Below are positions 8,540 through 17,086 of a stretch of 39,312 nt of DNA, one piece after another. The translations under genes and the position numbers were made by a program. Each line of letters begins with the position of its first letter. Position 1 is the first letter of the stretch. This stretch comes from a virus (lineage: Duplodnaviria; Caudoviricetes), in the IMG/VR virus record IMGVR_UViG_3300048851_000228, positions 1 through 39,312 of that record; one strand, written 5' to 3'. The notes beneath the pieces were generated by a model that made no database searches, was not told the DNA's origin, and saw only the letters and a program-made list of their open reading frames with translations.

Positions 8540-8974
8540 CTCGTTAGTTATCCATAGGTAAGATCCAAGCAGAGCTAGGGCTGCGCCGAAAAGGGTGGCG
8601 TAGCCCTTGGATACTAGCGCCGAGAATAGAGTTTCCGGATACTCGTTGTAGGGTGCGACCGTCAGGGACCACGCCATCACGCCGAGCCCGACGACGACTA
8701 CAAGAGCAGCCCGTTTCTTCAGTGTTCTCATGATTGCGGTCCTACGCCTGGGATCTGCAGCTATAACTGCAAAAGCGAATATCAGAATGAGGCTTATCCC
8801 CGCCACATAGTTGGGCGGTGCTGCCTGTGGGGTCGTAGGTCGGGGCACTCCTGGACCAACATCCTGCGGCGTCGGAAGGTACGTTCCCAGTGGGCCGATG
8901 TTGTCGCTCGTGGCCGGCTTCGTGGCCACTGCTGCTGCGCGTCCCACCAAGCCATCACGTGGAGCGATGTGCAT
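8534..8974 (-). CDS. Three-TM membrane protein coupled to the repressor; candidate superinfection exclusion protein
   Basis: TGATG overlap with the repressor stop. Pro-rich N-tail, three hydrophobic helices, basic loop RRR...KKR after TM1. Visibly more A/T-rich than the structural genes. Confidence 0.75.
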   Translation of the reverse strand: MHIAPRDGLVGRAAAVATKPATSDNIGPLGTYLPTPQDVGPGVPRPTTPQAAPPNYVAGISLILIFAFAVIAADPRRRTAIMRTLKKRAALVVVVGLGVMAWSLTVAPYNEYPETLFSALVSKGYATLFGAALALLGSYLWITNEA

Positions 8975-9333
8975 CAAGCCGCTTGCTTGCGTCGTTCAAC
9001 CTCGCGGGAGGGTAGCGGTTCCGCAACGCGGCGTATCATCTCACGTTGGTTGTCGCCAGCTGCGCGAAACTGCGCGATCAGGTCGCGCTCTTCGGCACTA
9101 AGGCGATCGGGGTTATCGGCGTCGGTAAGGAGGTCGGCTGGCGTACAGTCGAACTCCCGAGCGAGTACGCGCATGCGTGCGATGTCGAGCGAGAGGCCGT
9201 CCTGGTTCTCGATCTGACTGATGTAAGGTTGAGAAACGCCACTACGCTGGGCCAGTTCTGACTGACTCAGTTTCGCCTGCTTGCGCAGTTCCCTGATGCG
9301 ATTGCCCGGATGCATGGTGAAGACATATGCCAT
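8974..9333 (-). CDS. CI-like XRE-family repressor (no S24 peptidase domain; start 9333 or 9315)
   Basis: NRIRELRKQAKLSQSELAQRSGVSQPYISQIEN HTH; divergent from the Cro-like gene. Confidence 0.9.
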   Translation of the reverse strand: MAYVFTMHPGNRIRELRKQAKLSQSELAQRSGVSQPYISQIENQDGLSLDIARMRVLAREFDCTPADLLTDADNPDRLSAEERDLIAQFRAAGDNQREMIRRVAEPLPSREVERRKQAA

Positions 9334-9335
9334 CT

Positions 9336-9400
9336 GCTTATATTCTGAACCGGCGTATCGCTTATGTCCATTGACGAAATATAAGATATCGCAATAAACC
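9336..9400 (+). promoter_or_regulatory. Rightward lytic promoter (PR-like) with operator half-sites
   Basis: CCA-TTGACG(9371-9376)-AAATATAAGATATCGCAA-TAAACC. GCTTATATTCT at 9336-9346, GCTTAT at 9360, AATATAAG at 9378-9385. Confidence 0.75.
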
Positions 9401-9417
9401 ACCGTCCCGAAGCGGGA

Positions 9418-9678
9418 GTGTCTGGTTTGAAATTGGCGGCGTGGCGTAAACGGGAGGGCAAAACGCAAGAGTGGCTTGCGGCCGAGCTTGGCTGCAGCCA
9501 GCCTTACGTCTCGCAGATCGAGCGCGCGCAGGACGCGATCATCCCCGGCGCCGACATCATGGAACGCGTTTTCATCGTGTCCGAGGGCGCAGTCGAGCCC
9601 AACGACTTCTACGACGTGCCTCGCTGGCGCCGGGCGCTGTCTGCGGCGCTGGCGGCCCTGACCGGCAAGGCCGCGTGA
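9418..9678 (+). CDS. Cro-like XRE HTH protein
   Basis: LAAWRKREGKTQEWLAAELGCSQPYVSQIER...V.PNDFY; first gene of the rightward operon. Confidence 0.9.
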   Translation: MSGLKLAAWRKREGKTQEWLAAELGCSQPYVSQIERAQDAIIPGADIMERVFIVSEGAVEPNDFYDVPRWRRALSAALAALTGKAA

Positions 9679-9927
9679 TGGAAATTGCAGGATCCTGGCA
9701 GTCATTCTCCGACTCCTTAGCGGACTTCGTTCCGCGTTCTGTTCTTGATTCGTTCCAAAATCGCGCCGCAAGTCCAACATGTCAAGGAAGCTGTCGTGAG
9801 TAGCGGTGTGCCGCCCCGCCACTTCCTTACAACGCCAGGGCGTGCGCCAGCGCGGACCCGACGGACGTCGGCGCGCGCCGGCCGGCATATGCGACGCCCC
9901 ACCGGCACCTGGAGAAAGGCTTTCCGC

Positions 9928-10056
9928 ATGATCCCCGAGCCTTTTGTCGCGCCGTTTCCGCCACAAGCACAGATCGCATGCAAGGTTGTGGGCGCAGTCG
10001 CGTCCTGGGCGCTCGCCCTGTCTCCTTGGTTGGCCGTTGGATGGCTAAAGCTGTGA
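9928..10056 (+). CDS. Small membrane-type peptide
   Basis: RBS GGAGAAAGG; MIPEPFVAPFPPQAQIACKVVGAVASWALALSPWLAVGWLKL*; stop overlaps the primase GTG. Confidence 0.4.
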   Translation: MIPEPFVAPFPPQAQIACKVVGAVASWALALSPWLAVGWLKL

Positions 10057-11141
10057 CGGCTGCCCCCGTCATATCGGTGCGCGAGATTGAAATGCAGCTG
10101 CGCACGCGCTGTGAAAGCGTCGTGCGGCAGTGCCTGCCAAATGCGATCAAGGATGGTCCGTATCTGAAGGTTGGCTCGATCACGGGCGAGAAAGGGCGCA
10201 GCCTGGTCGTGCCGCTGCAAGGCGCGTCGCGCGGTATGTGGACGGATTATTCGTCGAGCAACACTGGCGATATGATCGGCATGATCGAGCAGACAATGTT
10301 CGGTGGCGATCGCGGCCAGGCGGTGGCCTGGGCGAAGAGCTGGCTCGGTATCGACGACCTCGACCCCGGCCGGCTGGCGACGATGCGCGCGGAAAGCGCA
10401 GCGCAGGACCTGGCGGCGGACAAGGCGGCTGCGCGCGAGACGGAAGCGAAGAAACGCGGTGCTCGGGCCCTTTGGTTGAACGCCAAGGCACTGTCTGGCG
10501 TAGACCCTGCATCGCGTTACCTGGCGAACCGCGGCATCGATGTCGGGCGCCTCGGCGATTGGCCGGGGTCGCTGCGCTACCATGACCAGGTGTGGAACGT
10601 AGACGTCCGCGGCAAGATCGATTGCATGGTCGCCACGATGGTCACGCCCGCCGGCGTCCAGGTCGCAACGCATCGCACCTGGCTGGGCCGCGATGCCGAT
10701 GGCGTGTGGGTGAAGGCAGACGGCGCAGACCTGGGCGTGCCGCGCGGATCCGCCAAGAAGGTGCTGGGCAAGTCGGGCGGTTCGTTCGTGCCAATCCGCA
10801 AGGGTGCCAGCGGCCGCAGCATGGCGGACCTGCGCGGCCCTGAGACGATCTATGTCGCCGAGGGCATCGAGGATGCGCTGACGGTGGCGATGGTGAAGCC
10901 CGAGGCGCGCGTCGTCGCGGCATATTCGCTGCGCAACCTCGGGTTCATTCAATTTCCGGAGGCGATCACGACGATCGTCATCGTCGCCGATCGCGACGAA
11001 GGCCAGCGCGAGATCGATGCGCTGGAGGCGGCGATCGCGCGGCAACAGGCCCGTGGCCACAAGGTTCAGATCGTCATGCCACCCGTCGGGGTGAAGGACG
11101 TGAACGCGTGGCTGCTGGCGGATTTGGAGCGTGCAGCGTGA
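10053..11141 (+). CDS. TOPRIM-domain DNA primase
   Basis: YLANRGI, ATHRTWL, KKVLG, YVAEGIEDALT, IVADRD, GVKDVN. Confidence 0.88.
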   Translation: MTAAPVISVREIEMQLRTRCESVVRQCLPNAIKDGPYLKVGSITGEKGRSLVVPLQGASRGMWTDYSSSNTGDMIGMIEQTMFGGDRGQAVAWAKSWLGIDDLDPGRLATMRAESAAQDLAADKAAARETEAKKRGARALWLNAKALSGVDPASRYLANRGIDVGRLGDWPGSLRYHDQVWNVDVRGKIDCMVATMVTPAGVQVATHRTWLGRDADGVWVKADGADLGVPRGSAKKVLGKSGGSFVPIRKGASGRSMADLRGPETIYVAEGIEDALTVAMVKPEARVVAAYSLRNLGFIQFPEAITTIVIVADRDEGQREIDALEAAIARQQARGHKVQIVMPPVGVKDVNAWLLADLERAA

Positions 11142-11377
11142 CCTCGACCCCGACCATTCGCGAAATAGGCGTCGGCCGTAACTATCTGCTGGCCCTGCCT
11201 CTGGGCGAGGCGATCGCCCAGCATCGCGCCTGGGCATCGTCGCAGATGATCGAGATCTCGCGCGTCGAGGTCGGCGAGCCGGGCAAGGTGCCCGGGTTCG
11301 TTCTGCTGATCGCATTCGGCCCGACGACCGACATCGAGGCGGCTTGGCTCGACACGTTCTTCGAGGTTGATGCGTGA
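11138..11377 (+). CDS. Hypothetical protein
   Basis: GTGA overlaps on both sides, between primase and helicase. Confidence 0.6.
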   Translation: MTSTPTIREIGVGRNYLLALPLGEAIAQHRAWASSQMIEISRVEVGEPGKVPGFVLLIAFGPTTDIEAAWLDTFFEVDA

Positions 11378-13308
11378 CGAAGCGCGCACCCGACAACGTC
11401 GTCTCGATTGCGGCCGCGCTGGACGCGCCGATCGACGCGCCGGACATGGCGAAGCCCGGCGACCAGGCACCGCTGGGCGGCCGCGACGATGACGACGATC
11501 TCGACCGGCCGCAGATCCCGAAGGAATGCCCGGTCAAGGCGCTGGGCGTCGGGCCGGACGGCCAGATCTGCTACTACCTCAACAATCTCGGGCAAATGGT
11601 GAAGCTCGGACCGCGCGATCACGGCAAGAACAACCTGCACGTGTTGTTCTCACCCCGGACCCATCTGCTCGCGAAATACTGGCCGCGCTGGTCCGCGCCT
11701 GTCTACGAAGGGCGCGGCAATGCGCGCGTCATGGTCAAGCCGAGCGAAATCGTCGGCTTCGCGCAGGATGACGCGAGCGAGGCGCTGATCAGCGCATGCG
11801 GCGCGGCCGGGATCTTCGATCCGCAAGGGCGCGTGCGCGGGCGCGGTGCACATAAGGGCAGCGGCCGCGTGCTGATCGTCCACCTGGGCGACAAGATCAT
11901 GTCGGCGCAGCGGACGGCGACCGGCAAGCCCAAGCCGCTCGACTTTCAGGATCCCGGCCTGATCGGCCGCTATGTCTATCCGGCCGGCGAGCCGTCCCCC
12001 CGGCCCTGGCATCAGCCGGTCAAGGAAGACGTCGGCGAGGCGCTGCTGGCGCTGCTGTCGACCTGGCCGTGGCAACGATCATTGCTAGATCCCATGCTGT
12101 CGCTCGGCTGGGCGTCTCAGGCGTTCATTTGTGGCGCGCTGGACTGGCGATCGCATCTGTTCCTCACGGGCGGTCGTGGCACCGGTAAGTCATCGTTGAA
12201 CGGTAAGAACGGTTTGTTCGATCGATTGCTGGGCAAAGGCGTGCTGCGCACCGGTGGCGCAAGTGAGGCGGCCGTTCGCCAGAAGCTCAACCAGCAAACA
12301 ATTCCCGTGATGTTTGATGAATTCGAGCCGAACGAATTCAATGCGAGCAAGTTAAAGGCGGTCATTGAGCTGGCGCGTATTGCGTCGTCGGGCGACGAGA
12401 TGAGCAAGGGTGGGCAAGACCACCAGGCGCATGACTTCATGCTGCAGAGCGCGTTCATGTTCTCCGCGATCCTGAAGCCCAAGATGGAGCCGCAGGATCA
12501 GAGCCGGTTCGCCGTGCTCGAACTGAAGCCCCTGCCCGAAGATGCGCGGCCGCTCGACCTCGATGCCGCCAAGTTGCCCGAGATGGGCCAGAAGCTGATG
12601 CGGCGCATGATAGATGGCTGGCATCGCTACGCCGAGACATACAGCGCGTACCGCAAGGCGCTGGCTGGGGTAGGTCATGACGCGCGGGCCCAGGATACCT
12701 TCGGGTCGTTGCTCGCATGTGCGGATCTCGCGCTGTACGATCATGTCCCCGATCCGACCCTGCTGGAATTCTGGGCGCGGCAGTGTGACCCTGAAGGCCT
12801 AGCGGAGATCGCTGACGGCACGACGGAACATGGCGCGTGCCTGAAGTTCCTGACGACGACCAGCGTGCAGGCGCGGGGCGGCGAGGATCGCCAGACACTT
12901 GGCACATGGATCGGCAATGCGATGCGCGACGTCGACCAGCTCGACGGCGATCACGACCACCGAAAGCGCGACAAGAAGCGGCTGCAGGAGATCGGGCTGA
13001 AGGTCGTCAACGCACGGGAACTCGATCCCGACGACAAGGGGCGACCGCGCTGGGGAGCCACCGATTATTCACCGGGAAAGCCCGGCTTCCTCGCTGTCTC
13101 GATCTCGCATCGTTCGCTGACTGAGATCTTTCGCGACAGCAAGTGGCGTGATGGCGGCTGGACGCAGGCGCTCGGCCGTGCGGACGGCGCGATCCCGCGC
13201 GTCAAAATCGCGTTCGGCTTCTCCAAAGAGTGGGCCGTCCTGGTACCGCTGGACGACGAGATCGACATGGCCGGGCGCGATGGCGACGGCGATCGGGGGG
13301 CAGCGTGA
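11374..13308 (+). CDS. P-loop replicative helicase (SF3/primase-associated type)
   Basis: Walker A LTGGRGTGKS, Walker B VMFDEFE, QSRF possible Arg finger; follows the primase. Confidence 0.8.
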   Translation: MTKRAPDNVVSIAAALDAPIDAPDMAKPGDQAPLGGRDDDDDLDRPQIPKECPVKALGVGPDGQICYYLNNLGQMVKLGPRDHGKNNLHVLFSPRTHLLAKYWPRWSAPVYEGRGNARVMVKPSEIVGFAQDDASEALISACGAAGIFDPQGRVRGRGAHKGSGRVLIVHLGDKIMSAQRTATGKPKPLDFQDPGLIGRYVYPAGEPSPRPWHQPVKEDVGEALLALLSTWPWQRSLLDPMLSLGWASQAFICGALDWRSHLFLTGGRGTGKSSLNGKNGLFDRLLGKGVLRTGGASEAAVRQKLNQQTIPVMFDEFEPNEFNASKLKAVIELARIASSGDEMSKGGQDHQAHDFMLQSAFMFSAILKPKMEPQDQSRFAVLELKPLPEDARPLDLDAAKLPEMGQKLMRRMIDGWHRYAETYSAYRKALAGVGHDARAQDTFGSLLACADLALYDHVPDPTLLEFWARQCDPEGLAEIADGTTEHGACLKFLTTTSVQARGGEDRQTLGTWIGNAMRDVDQLDGDHDHRKRDKKRLQEIGLKVVNARELDPDDKGRPRWGATDYSPGKPGFLAVSISHRSLTEIFRDSKWRDGGWTQALGRADGAIPRVKIAFGFSKEWAVLVPLDDEIDMAGRDGDGDRGAA

Positions 13309-13504
13309 TGCGCCTGGTGCCAACGCATGCAGCCAGCGATGCGCAGCATCGCGACCGGGCTGCATTCATCATCAACTTATCCTCCCGCGATGACGTCTAT
13401 CGACGCGCGCACCACGTCTTCTCCTTTATTTGTGCCCCGACCCCGGCCCATTGCTTCGCAGAGAATTGGCGTGCTAGGTCTCGCTGCGCCGATGGGTCCG
13501 GGGG

Positions 13505-13764
13505 GCGGTTCCAAAGTTCCAGCGCGGTTCCAAGCCGTGGAACTAGCAAGCGTTTGAAATGGCAGGATAATTGCGCCGGTTCCACAGGTTCCAAGGTTTT
13601 TGCCTCACGTAATGCGCGTGCGTGCATGCGTACAGGCGCATGCGTATGGGGATATCTTAGTTTCCTTGGAACTCTGGAACTATTCAAGAATACCAAGGTA
13701 AAAGAGCGTCTTAGCGGTTCCAAAACCGGTTCCACGGCGGTTCCAAGCCTCGAACCTTGGAACT
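13505..13764. repeat. Iteron cluster / putative phage replication origin
   Basis: 12 copies of GTTCCA: forward at 13508, 13516, 13527, 13579, 13588, 13717, 13729, 13740; reverse at 13538, 13667, 13675, 13758. A/T-rich spacers; just downstream of the helicase. Confidence 0.75.
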
Positions 13765-14457
13765 GCGCCGACGCGCTCGCTCGCCAAGTCACTGAGATCG
13801 CTACGCATCCGATTAAAATATGGGGTGGATATGTCGCGACGACGTCCGCGCCGTCCGCCAGTGCGGATCAGGGGCTAGATACAGGGGGTGCGTGCGCAAA
13901 GTTTCAGGGCCGGAACGCGCTCGGCCTGGTCGTCGACGGCCTCGATCTGGGCGATCGCGCCGGGCGGCCGGCCGAGGGCAGAAATGGCGGTTTTCCGCCG
14001 TTTTCTGTGGTCGCGATTGGGCGTGTTGGAACGGCCGTGTTGGAATGCGCGGCGAATGTCGAGGCAGATCAAGGCTTTGCGGATGACCGTGCGCAGCCTG
14101 CGGGGCTGGACGGTGCCGCCTCGGCCGGCCTGGGCGGCAGGGGGGTGGTCGATGCCGATCGGCAGGGGGTGGCCCCCCCCAGCGGCCCGCGTTTCTCTCC
14201 TAGCTCCAAGGCGTAGGCGATTTTTCTCGTTTCGACAGCCTTTCGAATTGCTGGATCGCCAGTCGCGCCTGTTGGGCGGGACGGTCGCTTAAATTCCTAC
14301 GTCGAAATGGGGTCGGGGGTTTGTATTCTGTCCCTAGCTAGCCGTGATCGGCGCGAGGGCGCGGATCATCAAAGGCTCGAGCGGGTCGGGGGACAGATTG
14401 AGGTCCTGGGCTGGGGGCGTAGCGCGGAAACGTCGACGCTATGGGGAGGGCTGACCT

Positions 14458-15063
14458 GTGTCAACTGACCTCACCGGCGATGCCGCGATCGGCCGCGAGA
14501 TCATGACCGATGTCCAGGCGCAGCTCGATGCCGAGCGCGTCGAGGAAGAACAGCTCGATCTGCTCGATCCGATCACGCCCGAGGATATCTGGGACGCCCG
14601 GGAGGCGTTGGGTGACAACGCGAGCGCGATCGAGGTCACCAACGAGGCGCGGAGCCGCAAGCGTGGACGCCCCAAGGGAGCGCGCAATCGGAAGTCGACG
14701 GACCTTGAGCGATGGCTGCTGGCGCATGGGCAGCATCCGGCCGTCACACTGATGCAGATCCAGTCGGCCGCTCCGGAAACGCTGATGGAGGCATCCAAGC
14801 GGCGCAAGGTCCATAGCTTCCGGAAGGACGGCACGGCGAACGTCGTCATGGAGCACATGACCTACGAGGCCGCGCAGGCGTTGCGCGCCCGGTGCGCCGA
14901 TATGCTCATGCCATACCTGCTCGGAAAGAAACCGATCACGGTCGACATGAACTTCAGCGGCGTCACGGATCTGGTGTTCCAGGGCTATTCGTCGGGTGAA
15001 GGCGACACCGCCGTAATCGCGGACGCCGAGTTTCTCCCTGTCGAAGAGGATGACGCGGCATGA
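14458..15063 (+). CDS. Probable terminase small subunit
   Basis: Directly upstream of and ATGA-coupled to TerL; GRPKGARNR basic motif. Confidence 0.65.
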   Translation: MSTDLTGDAAIGREIMTDVQAQLDAERVEEEQLDLLDPITPEDIWDAREALGDNASAIEVTNEARSRKRGRPKGARNRKSTDLERWLLAHGQHPAVTLMQIQSAAPETLMEASKRRKVHSFRKDGTANVVMEHMTYEAAQALRARCADMLMPYLLGKKPITVDMNFSGVTDLVFQGYSSGEGDTAVIADAEFLPVEEDDAA

Positions 15064-16673
15064 CTGCGGCGAGCGCATCCCGCGTAGCCCGGCGACTGAA
15101 TTCACCTGGCCCCGTAGCCGACGCGTTCGTGAAGAGCCGGGCGTTCATCTGCGGATGCGTCGGACCGGTCGGGTCCGGCAAGACCATTGCCGCTTTGCAA
15201 AAGGGGATCATGGTCGCCTCGAAGCAGAAGGGTGTCATGCGCGAGGACGGTGTGCTGATACGCACGGCGCGCATCGGCGTGATCCGCGAAAGTTACCCGT
15301 CGCTGAAGTCGACGACGCTCAAGAGCTGGTTTCGTATCGTCCCGGAGGCGGAGGGCAAGTTCAACTGGCAGGCGCCGTACGTCCACAAATTCCGGAAGAT
15401 CCTGAAGCGCGAGGGTAATCGCCGCGACGGCCGGCCGATCGATATTCTCGAATGCGAATTCGAATTCCGGGCGATCGGCGACCTATCCGTCGAGGAAGCG
15501 TGCCGCGGCTGGGAAGTCAACGCGGTGATTATCGACGAAGCGGATCTTCAACCGGCCAATCTCGTGCCGTTCCTGACCGGCCGTGTCGGTCGTTTCAGCG
15601 ATCTCGATATTTCGCTGGTCGTTGATCCGCAGATCATCGTCGTGCTGAACATGCCCGACATCGAAAATCATATTTACACGCTGCTTTTCGACGAAGCATC
15701 GGAGGTGCTGGGGCTGACGGGCGAAGAGGCCGCGATCCTGCAGGCGACGCTGGGCGATCGGAAGCTGATCGAGAAGTTCGTGCAGCCGGGTGGGCGGGAG
15801 CCCGATGCCGAAAACCTGCATAACCTGCCCGGGGCGACACCGGAAAACCCTGAAGGCGGTCGAGGGTATTACGTGCTGCAGGTCGCCGCGAACCGCGCGA
15901 CGCCGGGGTATGTCGATCGCATGGTCGACAACAAGCCGGTGCCGATCCAGCACGGACAGGCCGTCAACGCCGGGTTTGCGTACACCACGCATGTCCAGCC
16001 GTGCGTCTGGGATCCGCGGCGCAAGTTGATCATCGGCGTCGACCAGGGCCTGTTCGCGGCCGCGGTCGCCCTGCAGCGTGACTGGGACAACCAGGTCCGC
16101 ACGCTTGCCGAGGTCGTCAACACCGCACGTAGCGCCAGCGGCAACGTCAGCCTTACCAAGATCGGACCCAAGGCGTTCGCCAAGCGGGTGAAGGCCATGC
16201 TGGCGGATCGTTTTCCCGGCATCACGAACGATATGATCCGTGTCGTCGCTGACCCGGCCGCTTTCGCCGCGAAAGACCAGGACGCCGAGGAAAACGAGCG
16301 CGACTGGCTGCTGATCTTCGAGAAAGAGCTGGGGCTGAAAGTGCACCGCGCGAAGACGAATAGCGCGGGCCTGCGCAATCAGGCGGTCTGGACGGCGCAG
16401 GATACACGCGACGGCTATGCGATCGATCCGGCGTGTCGGCACCTGATCAAGGCTCATTCGGGCGGGTACCGCTACGCGAAGGCGACGCTGAGTACGGGCG
16501 AGACGCGCGGCCACCTTGAGATCGCCGATACGATCTACACGCACGTGGCGGACGCCGAGCAATACGCCGCGCTCGAAGGCGAACACGTGGTCGGCGACCT
16601 GCGCGGCAAGAAACGCCGGCGGGCGCCCGTCACCAACGACAGTGATTTCGATGTGCATCAGGGGGTGCGGTAA
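15060..16673 (+). CDS. terL: Terminase large subunit
   Basis: Walker A GPVGSGKT, Walker B VIIDEAD, nuclease motifs IGVDQG, ADPA, HVADAEQY. Confidence 0.92.
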   Translation: MTAASASRVARRLNSPGPVADAFVKSRAFICGCVGPVGSGKTIAALQKGIMVASKQKGVMREDGVLIRTARIGVIRESYPSLKSTTLKSWFRIVPEAEGKFNWQAPYVHKFRKILKREGNRRDGRPIDILECEFEFRAIGDLSVEEACRGWEVNAVIIDEADLQPANLVPFLTGRVGRFSDLDISLVVDPQIIVVLNMPDIENHIYTLLFDEASEVLGLTGEEAAILQATLGDRKLIEKFVQPGGREPDAENLHNLPGATPENPEGGRGYYVLQVAANRATPGYVDRMVDNKPVPIQHGQAVNAGFAYTTHVQPCVWDPRRKLIIGVDQGLFAAAVALQRDWDNQVRTLAEVVNTARSASGNVSLTKIGPKAFAKRVKAMLADRFPGITNDMIRVVADPAAFAAKDQDAEENERDWLLIFEKELGLKVHRAKTNSAGLRNQAVWTAQDTRDGYAIDPACRHLIKAHSGGYRYAKATLSTGETRGHLEIADTIYTHVADAEQYAALEGEHVVGDLRGKKRRRAPVTNDSDFDVHQGVR

Positions 16674-16674
16674 A

Positions 16675-16914
16675 ATGGCTTTGTTGAAACCCGTGGGGAA
16701 GATCCTCGGTGGCGTGCTGAAGGCGGTCGGCGTGGTGTCCACACCCGGCAAGGCGCCGACGCCGCTCAAATCGGTGACGCGTGACGATGCTGCAGGCTCG
16801 ATTGCGGCCGACGACGAATTGCGACGCCGCCAGGGCGCGGCCGCTGACATCATCACCGGATCAGGCGGCGCCGAGGCCGCTCTCACCGGTGGCAAACTCA
16901 CCCTCGGCAGCTGA
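16675..16914 (+). CDS. Small virion protein upstream of the portal
   Basis: MALLKPVGKILGG...LRRRQGAAADIITG...KLTLGS, like small pre-portal podovirus proteins. Confidence 0.65.
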   Translation: MALLKPVGKILGGVLKAVGVVSTPGKAPTPLKSVTRDDAAGSIAADDELRRRQGAAADIITGSGGAEAALTGGKLTLGS

Positions 16915-16925
16915 AGGAGACACCC

Positions 16926-17075
16926 GTGGACCAGGACAACAGGCGCGATCGCGAACTGAAGGAAGAGTTTGCAGCCGCGCGCGACCCGGAAAGCCCGGCG
17001 GTGCTGAAGGAGCGGATCGACCAGCTCGAAGAGCGGATCGTCTCCATCGAACACGCCACCCACACCAACGTCTGA
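16926..17075 (+). CDS. Small coiled-coil protein (49 aa, not in the ORF track)
   Basis: RBS GAAGGAG; VDQDNRRDRELKEEFAAARDPESPAVLKERIDQLEERIVSIEHATHTNV*. Confidence 0.6.
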   Translation: MDQDNRRDRELKEEFAAARDPESPAVLKERIDQLEERIVSIEHATHTNV

Positions 17076-17086
17076 AAGTTAAAATC

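Noticed and set aside
13505-13764. Possible CRISPR-like array
   Set aside because: Repeats are 6-7 bp, in both orientations and irregularly spaced; no cas genes.
13230-14292. Long ORFs spanning the origin region
   Set aside because: Translations are dominated by iteron-derived and low-complexity sequence with no protein motifs; probably non-coding, although a short ORF from 13308 cannot be excluded.
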